Counted from the first letter of the stretch, positions 9,176 through 18,759 are shown. The stretch: DNA of 64,000 bases from Bacteroidales bacterium (GCA_014800605.1 JAAVFS010000122.1:373-64372), one strand, 5' to 3'. A program made the numbers and translations. Notes: generated from the sequence alone by a model not told the origin.

Positions 9176-9427
9176 TTATTTATGTGGTTTGCGCATCTTG
9201 CTCCATGCGAGCTTCACACCGTGGAAGATCAGCCGCAGGATCAAGATGTAGATATAAAGGGCAATGGTGATTACCACCACGAATCCCAGTTGCGAGAATA
9301 GCTCGACAGCAGGTCGGTGGAAATGAATGACGGCATATATGTTGGCTCCGAGTGCAGTCAGAAGGCAGGCGGCGAGATATCCGGATTCGCGCGCGAGGAT
9401 TGCCGGAGAAAGTGTTATCGGTTTCAT
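9176..9427 (-). CDS. Small membrane protein (83 aa, hydrophobic helices)
   Basis: Hydrophobic segments. Its start overlaps the stop of the upstream oxidoreductase by 1 nt (TGATG), which suggests translational coupling. Confidence 0.5.
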   Translation of the reverse strand: MKPITLSPAILARESGYLAACLLTALGANIYAVIHFHRPAVELFSQLGFVVVITIALYIYILILRLIFHGVKLAWSKMRKPHK

Positions 9428-10776
9428 CAGAATTTCATGTAGGGGATTTTGTATTCTTCCGGGAAGTCGATGGTAGAGCTGGTCTCCATCGCCAGATTGC
9501 CCAACAGGCAGAGGGTAGTGGCGCAGTAGGCTTCCTCAACGATGTTTTCGGCGCGTTCGCCGGTGATGCAAGCCTGGCAGAATGCGGAGAGTATCTCCTC
9601 GGAACCGTCGTGATCCACGCCCACAGTGCTCTGTCCGTGATTGACATAGGTCGGTCCGGAGAGTATGTCATGGGGTATGTAGCTGTCGGCGGTCTCGGAG
9701 CGCCATGACGGGCCGGCTGCGGGGATCACGGCAAAGATGTCGTCCTTGACCGATTTGAGCAGCTGCTTGATGCCGGAGCGGGAGTCGTCGTCTTCGAGAT
9801 AATAGAATCCCGTGGCGAGGTTCATGGTGCCCTTTGAGCCGAGAATCTGATCCTCCATACCGTTAAACTTGTTGGATATCAGGGTTTCGTAGCTGATTGT
9901 GCGGCCGTCGGAGAATTTGTAGATGACATTGCAGGTATCGTAGACTTCGCGCTCGTCGTCGGTCCAATGGATCAGGTCGCCTGTTCCGAGGATTTTCGAG
10001 GGCATCTTGCCTGCAACCCATGTGCAGACTTCAAGCTGATGGCTGGCCAACTCGGTCATAAGGCCGCCGGATGTCTCCTTGTAGAGACGCCAGTTGATGA
10101 GGCGTTCGTATTCGGGGTCGGGGCAGTCGCGTCGCCAGTCGGCGTTGCGAAACCAGTAGCAACGCATGCCGACAACGTCGCCTATCAGGCCGTCCCTGAT
10201 CATGGCTACACCCTGCACATATTTCGGGTCGAACATGCGCTGCATGCAGTAGTAGAGTACATTGTCACTTTCGAGATACTTGTCATAGACAGCCTTACAC
10301 TGGTCGAGGGTCAGGGCCATCGCCTTCTCGCAAAATACATGCTTGCCGGCGTCGAGTGCATCAAGGGTGATCGGGGCGTGCGAGCCTAAGGGGGTGGCGA
10401 TGATCACGCCGTCGATATCGGGATCATTCAGCACGTCATGGTAGTCTGTATACAGCCTTGCCTCGGGGAAGAGCTCTGAGGCTTCTTTCAGATGAGGCTC
10501 ATAGATGTCGCAGAGGGCTACGACCTCGGCGTGGGGTATGTTCTTGAGGTTGTGGAGGTGGTACTGACCGCGCGAGCCTGTGCCGATGAGGGCGATGCGG
10601 GCTCGGCGTGTCTCTCCGTCCCACTCGGCCTGTTTCTCAGCAGTCAGCGACGACAGCCATGGGGCCACTGAGACCACTCCGGCTGTTCCGGCCAGGACTC
10701 CAAGCCCTTTGAGGAATGAGCGGCGGCTCTCAGAGAGTAACTGTGACTTGCTTTGTGTGGATATATTGTTGTCCAT
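9427..10776 (-). CDS. Gfo/Idh/MocA-family oxidoreductase with a Tat signal (possibly an NAD-dependent glycosidase-like member)
   Basis: SRRSFLKGLGVLAGTAG Tat motif, Rossmann IALIGTGSRGQ, and FCEKA. The size and architecture resemble Tat-exported Gfo/Idh/MocA proteins. Confidence 0.85.
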   Translation of the reverse strand: MDNNISTQSKSQLLSESRRSFLKGLGVLAGTAGVVSVAPWLSSLTAEKQAEWDGETRRARIALIGTGSRGQYHLHNLKNIPHAEVVALCDIYEPHLKEASELFPEARLYTDYHDVLNDPDIDGVIIATPLGSHAPITLDALDAGKHVFCEKAMALTLDQCKAVYDKYLESDNVLYYCMQRMFDPKYVQGVAMIRDGLIGDVVGMRCYWFRNADWRRDCPDPEYERLINWRLYKETSGGLMTELASHQLEVCTWVAGKMPSKILGTGDLIHWTDDEREVYDTCNVIYKFSDGRTISYETLISNKFNGMEDQILGSKGTMNLATGFYYLEDDDSRSGIKQLLKSVKDDIFAVIPAAGPSWRSETADSYIPHDILSGPTYVNHGQSTVGVDHDGSEEILSAFCQACITGERAENIVEEAYCATTLCLLGNLAMETSSTIDFPEEYKIPYMKF

Positions 10777-11543
10777 TAATTGAATACGTATTCTTCTTTG
10801 ATGTCAAAATTGTCGGTGATCGCAGCTCGCATAGCGCTGTCGGCTACCAGCCACGCTGTCGAGAGTGCCTCGGCTTCAGTGGCTGAATCGACTACAACTG
10901 CGCTGAGTCGCCGCCCGGTGACGGCGTAGCCTGTTGACGGGTCGATGATGTGTCCGCGCAGGGCTGATGAGTTGCCGGAGGTAGATATGGATGTATCGGC
11001 GAGGTCGATGCATCGCAGGGTGTGTCCGCTGAACGGATCGGCGATGCTGACTCTCCAGGCGTCGCCTGCGGGATGCGTCCCGATAGCTGCGATGGAGCTT
11101 CCTCCGAAGCTGACGAAGGCGCGTTCTGTCCCGGCTTGGCGCATGATGCGGGTCATCTCGTCGACGGCTATCCCTTTGCCGATGCCTCCCATGTCGATCT
11201 TCAGCCCCTGCCGGGGGATAAGAAGATCGCCGCTATCGCTGTAGGCGAATTGCGAGCCTTGGCCGAGCGTGATGTCAAATCGGCCGTAGGTGCGGCGGCA
11301 CATATCAGCCGAGAGGTCGAGGAGGGAGCGATAGCGGTCACTGATCGAGATCATGCTTAACGGCTCGGCGCTGTTAATGCCAGATGTCTCGCTCTTAGGG
11401 TTATAGCGTGAGATGATCGTCTCGAGAGCGAGAGTCGCGTTCAGGCAGTCTGTGGAGATTGAGGAGGCGGTAGCTTCGTCGTGACCGATGATTACGATAT
11501 CGAGACGTGTGCCCATGATGTTGACGGCCGATGTATGGTGCAT
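10776..11543 (-). CDS. apbE: FAD:protein FMN transferase (ApbE family) without a recognisable signal peptide
   Basis: ApbE pattern: NIMGT, GRFDITL, DMGGIGKGIAVD, AWRVSIADP, TSISTSGNS..GHIIDPSTG. The ORF-track start 11744 overlaps the upstream gene. ATG 11543 (or GTG/TTG slightly upstream) is more plausible. Confidence 0.8.
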   Translation of the reverse strand: MHHTSAVNIMGTRLDIVIIGHDEATASSISTDCLNATLALETIISRYNPKSETSGINSAEPLSMISISDRYRSLLDLSADMCRRTYGRFDITLGQGSQFAYSDSGDLLIPRQGLKIDMGGIGKGIAVDEMTRIMRQAGTERAFVSFGGSSIAAIGTHPAGDAWRVSIADPFSGHTLRCIDLADTSISTSGNSSALRGHIIDPSTGYAVTGRRLSAVVVDSATEAEALSTAWLVADSAMRAAITDNFDIKEEYVFN

Positions 11544-11604
11544 TCGGCTTTCAGCATGGTATTCGGTGTCGTAGGTCAATCTGTTCACGGTGTTGGCTGC
11601 GGGG

Positions 11605-12879
11605 TTATTTGCTGTGTGCGCGGTCGACGGCTTCGGTGGTGAGTCGGTATTTGGCCAGTGTGTTGGCGGCGTCCCACTGCGGCATCGGTTCGCCATCGAG
11701 GCTGCGGAGGAATGAGTCGGTGACGCGGTTGAAGTGCTCCTCATGGCCAGAGCGTACGGAGTCGGGGATGATGATGCGGATAAACTCGTCTTCGGCTGAT
11801 GTCATCTCATCATCTTTGTAGATGAAGATATCCTTTGAGTATCCGGTGTTTTTGTCCTGAAGGATGTGGAGCTGGCCGTCGGTATAGCGATAGATAGCGC
11901 TGAAGGTATCGCCGGCTCCTACAGGGGCTTCAAAGTCCCATCGCACGTTGAGGCTGACAAGTATGTCTTTTATGCGGGCGAGGATGTTGCCATTGGCATA
12001 CACGCTGATCGGCTCGCTGATAGTGGCTCCTGTCGAGCGGAAATACTCTTCGGGAGTGATTATGGTCGGAGTGTGGGTGGCGTCAATGACCTCAATGTCT
12101 TTCTGCCAGTCTATGGTCTCGTTGGGAAAACACTGCCACATGATCAGGTCGATCAGGTGGGTGGTGACATCGGCGATACCTTCTCCCTGCTGCTCGACGT
12201 CGTAGTACCACTCCGGGCGCTTCAGTGGCGAGCCGGATACCTCCTTGAAGAAGTGGTGGACGCTGGTCATCTCCACAGTCGGGATCACGGAGTCGCAGAG
12301 CGGGGTACCGATATAGCCGGAATTGAGCATCTGGCGAGCAAAGATGTTGAGCGTATCGTAGCGTTCGGTCATCAGCTCGCGGATGACGAGTCCTTTTTCA
12401 TCGGCAAGGCGGTAGGCTTCGACGAGCTTCTCGAATCCTGCGGCATCGATGGCCATAGGCTTGTCGGCAAGGACATTTTTGCCGGCGCGGATGGCCTCGA
12501 GTATGTAGTCGGTCTTGTTGCGGTTATTGCCTGCGAGGACTACGATATCGGCCACGCTGTCAGCCATAAATGCCTGGAGAAAGTCGGGCGAGATGCAGCT
12601 GTCGACGGTCCAGGAGGTCGGGTTGTCGGAGCGGCTGTTGTAGCTGTCGATAAAGCCGAGATACTGACGGACTTCGGGTCCCTCGGGGGCGTAGAGATGT
12701 ATGGTGTCGGCGAGGGCGCTGACGGGCGACTTTGTCACGAGAGCGGCGTGGAAGTGACCTGGGTCGACTACTGCGAGCACGTGTGCAGTCGGCTGGGTAG
12801 CGGCGGTTTTGTCGGTAGTGCTGCAGGCTGTCGCAGCGGCTATCGCTATAAGTGACAATGCGGTATGGATGGCTTTCAT
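11605..12879 (-). CDS. Lipoprotein with a Gfo/Idh/MocA-like N-terminal domain and an oxidoreductase-C-like domain
   Basis: Lipobox AAATAC|S, a Rossmann-like region (VVLAGNNRNKTDYILEAIRAGKNVLADKP), and an STGAT motif at aa 282-286. ATGA overlap with the upstream gene. Confidence 0.7.
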   Translation of the reverse strand: MKAIHTALSLIAIAAATACSTTDKTAATQPTAHVLAVVDPGHFHAALVTKSPVSALADTIHLYAPEGPEVRQYLGFIDSYNSRSDNPTSWTVDSCISPDFLQAFMADSVADIVVLAGNNRNKTDYILEAIRAGKNVLADKPMAIDAAGFEKLVEAYRLADEKGLVIRELMTERYDTLNIFARQMLNSGYIGTPLCDSVIPTVEMTSVHHFFKEVSGSPLKRPEWYYDVEQQGEGIADVTTHLIDLIMWQCFPNETIDWQKDIEVIDATHTPTIITPEEYFRSTGATISEPISVYANGNILARIKDILVSLNVRWDFEAPVGAGDTFSAIYRYTDGQLHILQDKNTGYSKDIFIYKDDEMTSAEDEFIRIIIPDSVRSGHEEHFNRVTDSFLRSLDGEPMPQWDAANTLAKYRLTTEAVDRAHSK

Positions 12880-13892
12880 TTGGTCTTGTGAGCTTCTTTG
12901 ATGAGTTTGTCGGCTTCCTCGCGTCCGGCTTCCATTGCCTCTTTGAGGGTGACGATACGTCCGCCTTCGTCGCGGCTCATGTTGGAAGCCTTCATGAATG
13001 CGAATATTTCGAGGGTCTCCTGAGGTGAGACGGGCGCTTTTCCGGTCTTCAGATAGTCGAGGATCTGGTCGAGGAGGACCTTGTAGCCGGCATATCCTCC
13101 GGCTTCTACAGCTCCGTCGGGAGTGAATGCTGTGCCACCATAGATGGCGGGGCCTTCGGTGATTCCGCGGAAGGTGCCGATGCGACCGTCGCTCCAGCGA
13201 CCTACCACTACGTCGGCAACGCCGGGCGATGATATGCGATTGACCTCGACGCAGCCGGGACCCATCAGGGTGTAAAGGGTCTCGATACCGTGGATGCCGT
13301 AGAATCCGAAGTCGGGGTGAGTAGGCTCGACTTTATGGGGTGAGTAGCAGTCAGCTCCGAGTATGGGGCCGAATTTCCCTTCGCGAAGCTCTACGTTGCG
13401 GGGCGAGAAGCGAAGAGCAGATGATGAGAAGAGGGGGGCGCCATACTCCTCAGCAAGTTCGCAGATGGCTATAGCCTGACCGATAGTGGCACCAAGGGGT
13501 TTGTCGATGTAGACGGGCTTGCCTGAGCGGAACACTTCCTCGGCCTGCTCGAAATGAAGGCGGCCGTCGTTGGTCTCGAGCAGCACGCAGTCGACCATGT
13601 CAAGCAGTTCGGCGATGGATTCGGTGATGGTCACACCATGTTTTTTTACTTCTTCGATGTAGCCCGGGATTCGGTTGTAGCTTGACTCGATGGTCTTTGA
13701 GCCGTAGGGATAGGCTGCTACGATTTCAAATTGCTTTACGTATGGGTCGTCGCTTTCCTTGTCGTTGAGCAGCTCGGTGAATGCTGTGGAGTGGGAGGTG
13801 TCAAGACCGATGATACCGATTTTTATTTCGTCAGCGGCGGATGCCATGAGCGCTCCGGCGGTCGCGCAGAGTATGGTAAATATTTTTTTCAT
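12876..13892 (-). CDS. Exported Gfo/Idh/MocA-family oxidoreductase
   Basis: Sec signal peptide, Rossmann IGIIGLDTSHS, and conserved YIDKP. Confidence 0.8.
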   Translation of the reverse strand: MKKIFTILCATAGALMASAADEIKIGIIGLDTSHSTAFTELLNDKESDDPYVKQFEIVAAYPYGSKTIESSYNRIPGYIEEVKKHGVTITESIAELLDMVDCVLLETNDGRLHFEQAEEVFRSGKPVYIDKPLGATIGQAIAICELAEEYGAPLFSSSALRFSPRNVELREGKFGPILGADCYSPHKVEPTHPDFGFYGIHGIETLYTLMGPGCVEVNRISSPGVADVVVGRWSDGRIGTFRGITEGPAIYGGTAFTPDGAVEAGGYAGYKVLLDQILDYLKTGKAPVSPQETLEIFAFMKASNMSRDEGGRIVTLKEAMEAGREEADKLIKEAHKTK

Positions 13893-13958
13893 GGTACGGA
13901 GAGTATGTAGTATGATTGACTTTACTGAAAATGTGTTAAATTTTTAACATCATATCTG

Positions 13959-13966
13959 CAAATATA
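13959..13966 (-). promoter_or_regulatory. Bacteroidota -7 box (TATATTTG on the minus strand)
   Basis: TAnnTTTG about 67 nt upstream of ATG 13892, at the head of the six-gene oxidoreductase operon. Confidence 0.4.
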
Positions 13967-14056
13967 GCGATTTTAGCCGTCACTACCAATAGATGACGGC
14001 TTAACGTGGTTAAACTATGTTAAAATTAAGGTCGCTTGAGTGGTAGCTGCTCCTCA

Positions 14057-15160
14057 TTAATGATCGGATGAGGGAGCTGCACCGGGTTGAGTGGAGTCGG
14101 TATTGACCTGCAGGCGGACCGACTCTTCATGGATAAGGCTGAAGAGGCTGCTGATGAAGTCGCCCGGGATGCCGATCTCTTTGCCTAAGTTGATGCGGCT
14201 CTGAAGCATGTCAGCATAGCGCTCGGTCTGGATAATGGGTATGTTGTTGTCCTTTTTATATTGTCCAATCCGGCGGGAGATCTCCATTCTTTTAGCCAGC
14301 AATTCGAGCATTTCGGTATCGAGTGCGTCGATTTGCTGGCGGAGAAACTGTATCTCGGATGTCTTTGAGAATGAGCCGTCGCGATGGCATATTCCGTCGA
14401 GGATTTCCTTGAGTTGGGCGGGTGTCACCTGCTGGGCGGCATCGCTTAGCGCGCGATCAGGATCGCAATGGCTCTCGATGATGAGTCCGTCAAAACCAAT
14501 GTCTAGGGCTTGCTGAGAGAGAGGGGCTATCAGGTCGCGACGGCCGCCGATATGGCTGGGGTCGGCCAGGAGTGGAAGGGTAGGGTAGCGGCGACGCAGT
14601 TCAAATGGGATGTGCCACTGCGGGATGTTGCGATATGTGTGATGGCCGTATGCGCTGAATCCTCGGTGGATGGCTCCAAGGCGACGTGTTCCGGCTGTGT
14701 ATAGGCGCTGGAGCGCTCCTATCCATAGCTCGATGTCGGGGTTGACGGGGTTTTTGACGAGGACGGGGATGTCGCGGCCGGTGCGTGAGATGGCGTCGGC
14801 GATCTCCTGAACTGCAAAGGGGTTGGCTGATGTGCGGGCGCCGATCCAGAGGAGGTCGACTTCGGCGGCGACGGCTGCTGCGACATGGGCCGGAGTGGCG
14901 ACTTCGGTCGCGGTCAAGATTCCGGTAGCTTCTTTCGCCTCGGCGAGCCACTCGAGTGCAATCTCTCCGGCACCTTCGAAGCTTCCGGGCTTGGTGCGCG
15001 GTTTCCAAACTCCGGCACGGACTATGCGGACGCCGATGTCGCTCAGGCTTTTAGCTGTATCTAATAGCTGCGTGCGCGACTCTGCGCTACATGGTCCGGC
15101 GATGATGATGGGGGCTTTCAGTAGCGTGGGGTCATCGAAGAGCGGCTTGAGGGTGTCCAT
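14057..15160 (-). CDS. Bifunctional 3-deoxy-7-phosphoheptulonate (DAHP) synthase / chorismate mutase
   Basis: N-terminal type I-beta DAHP synthase core (IIAGPCSAES..RAGVWKPRT..DPSH), plus a C-terminal ~90-aa chorismate-mutase-like helix bundle (LRQQIDALDTEMLELLAKRMEISRRIGQYK). Confidence 0.85.
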   Translation of the reverse strand: MDTLKPLFDDPTLLKAPIIIAGPCSAESRTQLLDTAKSLSDIGVRIVRAGVWKPRTKPGSFEGAGEIALEWLAEAKEATGILTATEVATPAHVAAAVAAEVDLLWIGARTSANPFAVQEIADAISRTGRDIPVLVKNPVNPDIELWIGALQRLYTAGTRRLGAIHRGFSAYGHHTYRNIPQWHIPFELRRRYPTLPLLADPSHIGGRRDLIAPLSQQALDIGFDGLIIESHCDPDRALSDAAQQVTPAQLKEILDGICHRDGSFSKTSEIQFLRQQIDALDTEMLELLAKRMEISRRIGQYKKDNNIPIIQTERYADMLQSRINLGKEIGIPGDFISSLFSLIHEESVRLQVNTDSTQPGAAPSSDH

Positions 15161-15169
15161 TGACGGGGA

Positions 15170-15787
15170 TTAGAACATATAGGCTACGCGGACCTGCCAT
15201 GAGCGGTTACGGCCTACGAAGTCGAGGAGCTGCGTTGCTTTGATGGCATAGGTCATGCCCCAGGTGTAGGAGCCTTGTATCTGCCAGCGGCGTTTGATCT
15301 CGAAGCCGAGGCCGCACTGTATGCCGAGGTCGGCTCCGGCATATTCGAATGTGGGAACTTTGTTGTGGGCCAGGAGGAAGCCGAATGTCGGTCCGGCAAA
15401 GACGTAGGGCGCGATGTAGTCTTCCAAGCCTGACATACGTGTCCACTTGAAGCGCAGGTTGACAGGAATTTCGAGGTAGTGGAGGTAGGAGCGTGTACGC
15501 CCGATGTTAGCGCCCGACCAGATCTCACGCTGACCAAGGTCGAGTGTGGCGCCTTTCTGAGCGTAGAGGGCGGCGAAGTCGATGCCGAAGCCTATGCCTG
15601 GAAACATCATTTCGCCCTGGACACCGGCCTGATATGCGAGGCTCTGGTCGACGGTGAAGAGGTCCTGGCTAAACTTGAGTGTGGTCAGGTCTATGCCGAC
15701 TGTCGGTCCGTAGCGGAATTGTGCTGATGCCGTGTAGCTGCACGCGATGCCGAGGATGGCTATGATGGTGAGGAGGAGTTTTTTCAT
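15170..15787 (-). CDS. Outer-membrane beta-barrel protein (porin/PorT-like family)
   Basis: Signal peptide, alternating amphipathic strands, and a C-terminal aromatic residue (..VRVAYMF). Confidence 0.65.
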   Translation of the reverse strand: MKKLLLTIIAILGIACSYTASAQFRYGPTVGIDLTTLKFSQDLFTVDQSLAYQAGVQGEMMFPGIGFGIDFAALYAQKGATLDLGQREIWSGANIGRTRSYLHYLEIPVNLRFKWTRMSGLEDYIAPYVFAGPTFGFLLAHNKVPTFEYAGADLGIQCGLGFEIKRRWQIQGSYTWGMTYAIKATQLLDFVGRNRSWQVRVAYMF

Positions 15788-15791
15788 GGGT

Positions 15792-17156
15792 TTATTTTTT
15801 TAGGATGTCAATAGCTTCTTCCGGTGAAACGAGGGTCTGCTCGCCGGTCGACATATTTTTAAGTGTGAGTTTGTTTTGAGAGAGCTCTGTCTCGCCGATG
15901 ATAGCTACGTAGGGGATCTTGTGGTCGTCGGCCCATCCCATCTGCTTCTTCATTTTGGTATTGTCGGGATAGATCTCGGCTGAGATGCCGGCCTGGCGCA
16001 TCTGCTTGATGACTTTCATTGCCATAGCTGCTTCGGGAGTGCCGAGGTTGGCAAACATGATGGTGGTCGGACGTGCGCTTTCTTCGGGGAAGAGTTCGAG
16101 GGCTGTCAGCACATCGTAGATGCGGTCGGCGCCGAATGAGATGCCTACGCCTGAGATGCCTGGCATGCCGAAGACTCCTGTCAGATTGTCGTAGCGGCCG
16201 CCGCCGGTGATGGAGCCGATGGCTACATCGAGAGCTTTGACCTCGATGATGGTACCGGTATAGTAGTTGAGGCCGCGTGCGAGCGAGAAGTCAAGGTCGA
16301 GTTCGGCGTTAAGGCCGAGAGCGAGGGTTGCTGCGGTGACTTCGCGGAGCTCTTTGACGCCGAGGAGGCCTGTGGGGCTGTCGGCGAGGAGGCTCTCGAT
16401 GGTGTCAAGGCGCTCGTCGATAGAACCGGAGATTGACAGGATGGGCTGCAGGCGCTCTACGGCTTCTGGGGTCAGGCCACGCTCGATCAGCTCGGCGTTG
16501 ACCTGCTCGATGCCGATTTTGTCGAGCTTGTCGATGGCTACGGTGATGTCGATTATCTTGTCGGCGGCTCCGAGTGTCTCGGCGATGCCGGCAAGGACTT
16601 TGCGGTTGTTGAGCTTGATGGCGATGCGGATACCGAAGCGGGTGAAGACCTCGTCGATGAGCTGGAGTAGCTCGATCTCGTTGGCGAGTGAGTCGGAGCC
16701 AACTATGTCAGCGTCACACTGATAGAACTCGCGATAGCGGCCTTTCTGCGGACGGTCGGCGCGCCATACGGGCTGGATCTGGAAGCGCTTGAAGGGGAAC
16801 TGGAGCTCTGCGCGATGCTGCACGACATAGCGGGCGAAGGGCACAGTCAGGTCGTAGCGGAGGCCTTTCTCGCAGATCTGCGAGGCTACGCGCGCGGTCT
16901 CGCCGGTAGCGATCAGCTCGTGGTCGGCCTTGGCGAGGAAATCGCCGGAGTTGAGTATTTTAAAGAGGAGTTTGTCTCCCTCGTCGCCATACTTGCCCAT
17001 CAGAGTGGAGAGGTTTTCCATAGCCGGAGTCTCGATGGGGCGGAATCCGTAGAGGCGGAATACATCGCGTATGGTGTCAAAGATATAGTTGCGGCGCGCT
17101 GTCTCTAAGGGTGAGAAGTCGCGTGTTCCTTTGGGGATGGAGGGTTTCTGTGCCAT
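15792..17156 (-). CDS. hisS: Histidine--tRNA ligase
   Basis: Class II aaRS HisRS motifs ([40 protein letters not shown]). Confidence 0.95.
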   Translation of the reverse strand: MAQKPSIPKGTRDFSPLETARRNYIFDTIRDVFRLYGFRPIETPAMENLSTLMGKYGDEGDKLLFKILNSGDFLAKADHELIATGETARVASQICEKGLRYDLTVPFARYVVQHRAELQFPFKRFQIQPVWRADRPQKGRYREFYQCDADIVGSDSLANEIELLQLIDEVFTRFGIRIAIKLNNRKVLAGIAETLGAADKIIDITVAIDKLDKIGIEQVNAELIERGLTPEAVERLQPILSISGSIDERLDTIESLLADSPTGLLGVKELREVTAATLALGLNAELDLDFSLARGLNYYTGTIIEVKALDVAIGSITGGGRYDNLTGVFGMPGISGVGISFGADRIYDVLTALELFPEESARPTTIMFANLGTPEAAMAMKVIKQMRQAGISAEIYPDNTKMKKQMGWADDHKIPYVAIIGETELSQNKLTLKNMSTGEQTLVSPEEAIDILKK

Positions 17157-17212
17157 TCGTTATCTTGTGTCTTTTGTGTGGATCCGGAGGGTTTTTACTC
17201 CGGTATCATCTG

Positions 17213-17220
17213 CAAAAATA
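17213..17220 (-). promoter_or_regulatory. Bacteroidota -7 box (TATTTTTG on the minus strand)
   Basis: TAnnTTTG about 57 nt upstream of the hisS ATG. Confidence 0.4.
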
Positions 17221-17349
17221 CAAAATATTGGTGATACGGCAAATATCTATTTTGAGTTACCGAAAAATCGTGTCGGCAGAAAAACGGAATCCCGCCCTGC
17301 TGAGACTTAGTCAGCGGAGCGGGATCGGTACGTCGGTGATCCGGCTGGA

Positions 17350-18759
17350 TCAGTATGCGATGGTCACGTCAGCGACAGTCGGCATGTGGTAGCTGGCAGC
17401 TGTCGGGCGAACGTATGATTTCTTGGCAGTGACTTTGTCGGCGGGGTAGGAGAGGATGTAGTCCATCTTGGCGTCGGGCACAGGAGCGGGGAAGGTCTTC
17501 TGGTCGCCTGAGATCTCGGCGAAGCGTCCGCGCATGGTCTTCCATGAGTCGCTCTGGGGGTAGTCGTTGAGGCTTGTGCCGAGGATGCAGGGGATGCCGG
17601 CGTCGCGCAGGTGGCGTGTGATGAATTCAGCCTGATGATTGCGTGTGACGTCGTTTTCCTTGGTCAGGTCGGCAGATGCGATGTTGACTTTGATGGCATG
17701 TCCGAGGTCAAAGGTCGCTACCATGGCTGCGCAGGGAGTGTTGCGGAACTGGTTGGGGAGCACATAGCTCTTGGTCTCGACTGCGGGGCGGCGTGAAAGG
17801 ACAGCGACGCCGTTGTTGTCGCCGGCGGGAGTGTAGTAGAGATACATTCCGGCTTTGGCGGCCATTACTGTCAGGTCTTGTGAGCTCTTGACGCCCTGGA
17901 TTGTGACGAAGTCGGGATGCTCGGCAGCGATATTGGCGGCGATGGCGTCGAGGGTCTGAGCCCCGTCGAGGTTGTAGTCCATCACTCTTACGTCGACTGA
18001 CGAGGGGGTCTCGGCGAGCATCTTCTGGAGCAGCTCGGGATTGTCGGTAGTGATGAAGTCGACATCCTGGTCGATGAAGTAGGTGAAGTGATCGGCGGTC
18101 GAGGGTGTCCATACGTTGATGGGCATGCCGAGACGCTTGAACTCGGGGATGAAGTCGGTGTTTTTGTAGAATACTTCAAACTGGAAGTCGGGGCCGTCGC
18201 TACCCATCTCGACGAGCTTCTCGGGACTTGCGCCGGTCAGGTAGTAGTGGGGGACACCCTGCTTGCCGAGTTCATCATGAGCTACGGGTGAGAAGGTGAT
18301 ATAGATGGTGCGGTCAGCAAGGCCTTTCGCCTTGACCATCTCGACAGATTTCTGCACACAGAGGCGCTGGCGCTGCTCGTCGCCGATCCATTTGATCTCA
18401 TATACGAGGCCTACGTTGAGCTCTTTGGCTTTGTCAAGGTACTGCTCGGCGGTGGGGATCACTTCGCCATTGGCCAGACGCACATTTTCCTGGAGTACGG
18501 TCGAGGGGGTGTTGACGATAGTGTAGCCGCCAATCTCTGAGTCGTGATTGACTACCAGCACGTCGTCGCTTGCCAGCCATACGTCGAATTCGGCAAAGTC
18601 GGCGCCGATGGAGTCGGCTTTAACGAGTGAGCGGATAGAGTTCTGGGCTGATCCTTCGGTGTTCCAGTATCCACGGTGAGCTACTACTTTGGGGCGTTCG
18701 GCGTGGAGTGCGGCGCAACCGGCAGCCACTGCGAGCGACAGGATGATGAATTTTTTCAT
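17350..18759 (-). CDS. Exported glycerophosphodiester phosphodiesterase fused to a degenerate endonuclease/exonuclease/phosphatase (EEP)-like domain
   Basis: GDPD motifs (VVAHRGYW, AEFDVW, VNHD) in aa ~20-240. The C-terminal half is EEP-like, but the canonical motif positions read VTIQGV and SYHMPTV. Confidence 0.75.
   Translation of the reverse strand: MKKFIILSLAVAAGCAALHAERPKVVAHRGYWNTEGSAQNSIRSLVKADSIGADFAEFDVWLASDDVLVVNHDSEIGGYTIVNTPSTVLQENVRLANGEVIPTAEQYLDKAKELNVGLVYEIKWIGDEQRQRLCVQKSVEMVKAKGLADRTIYITFSPVAHDELGKQGVPHYYLTGASPEKLVEMGSDGPDFQFEVFYKNTDFIPEFKRLGMPINVWTPSTADHFTYFIDQDVDFITTDNPELLQKMLAETPSSVDVRVMDYNLDGAQTLDAIAANIAAEHPDFVTIQGVKSSQDLTVMAAKAGMYLYYTPAGDNNGVAVLSRRPAVETKSYVLPNQFRNTPCAAMVATFDLGHAIKVNIASADLTKENDVTRNHQAEFITRHLRDAGIPCILGTSLNDYPQSDSWKTMRGRFAEISGDQKTFPAPVPDAKMDYILSYPADKVTAKKSYVRPTAASYHMPTVADVTIAY

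Noticed and set aside
11544-11744. N-terminal 67-aa extension of the ApbE ORF
   Set aside because: It overlaps the 3' end of the upstream gene by 140 nt. It is Pro/Thr/Ser/Ala-rich and contains no signal peptide. The ApbE homology starts at MHHTSAVNIMGT.
11866-12855. 329-aa plus-strand ORF
   Set aside because: It lies entirely antisense to the well-supported lipoprotein/oxidoreductase gene (11605-12879). The composition is Gly/Val/Asp/Ala-rich with no motifs. This is a typical shadow ORF in GC-rich coding DNA.
13975-14001. Hairpin AGCCGTCA/TGACGGCT downstream of the DAHP synthase gene, as a terminator
   Set aside because: The stem is only 8 bp and there is no U-tract on either strand. It is too weak to call.
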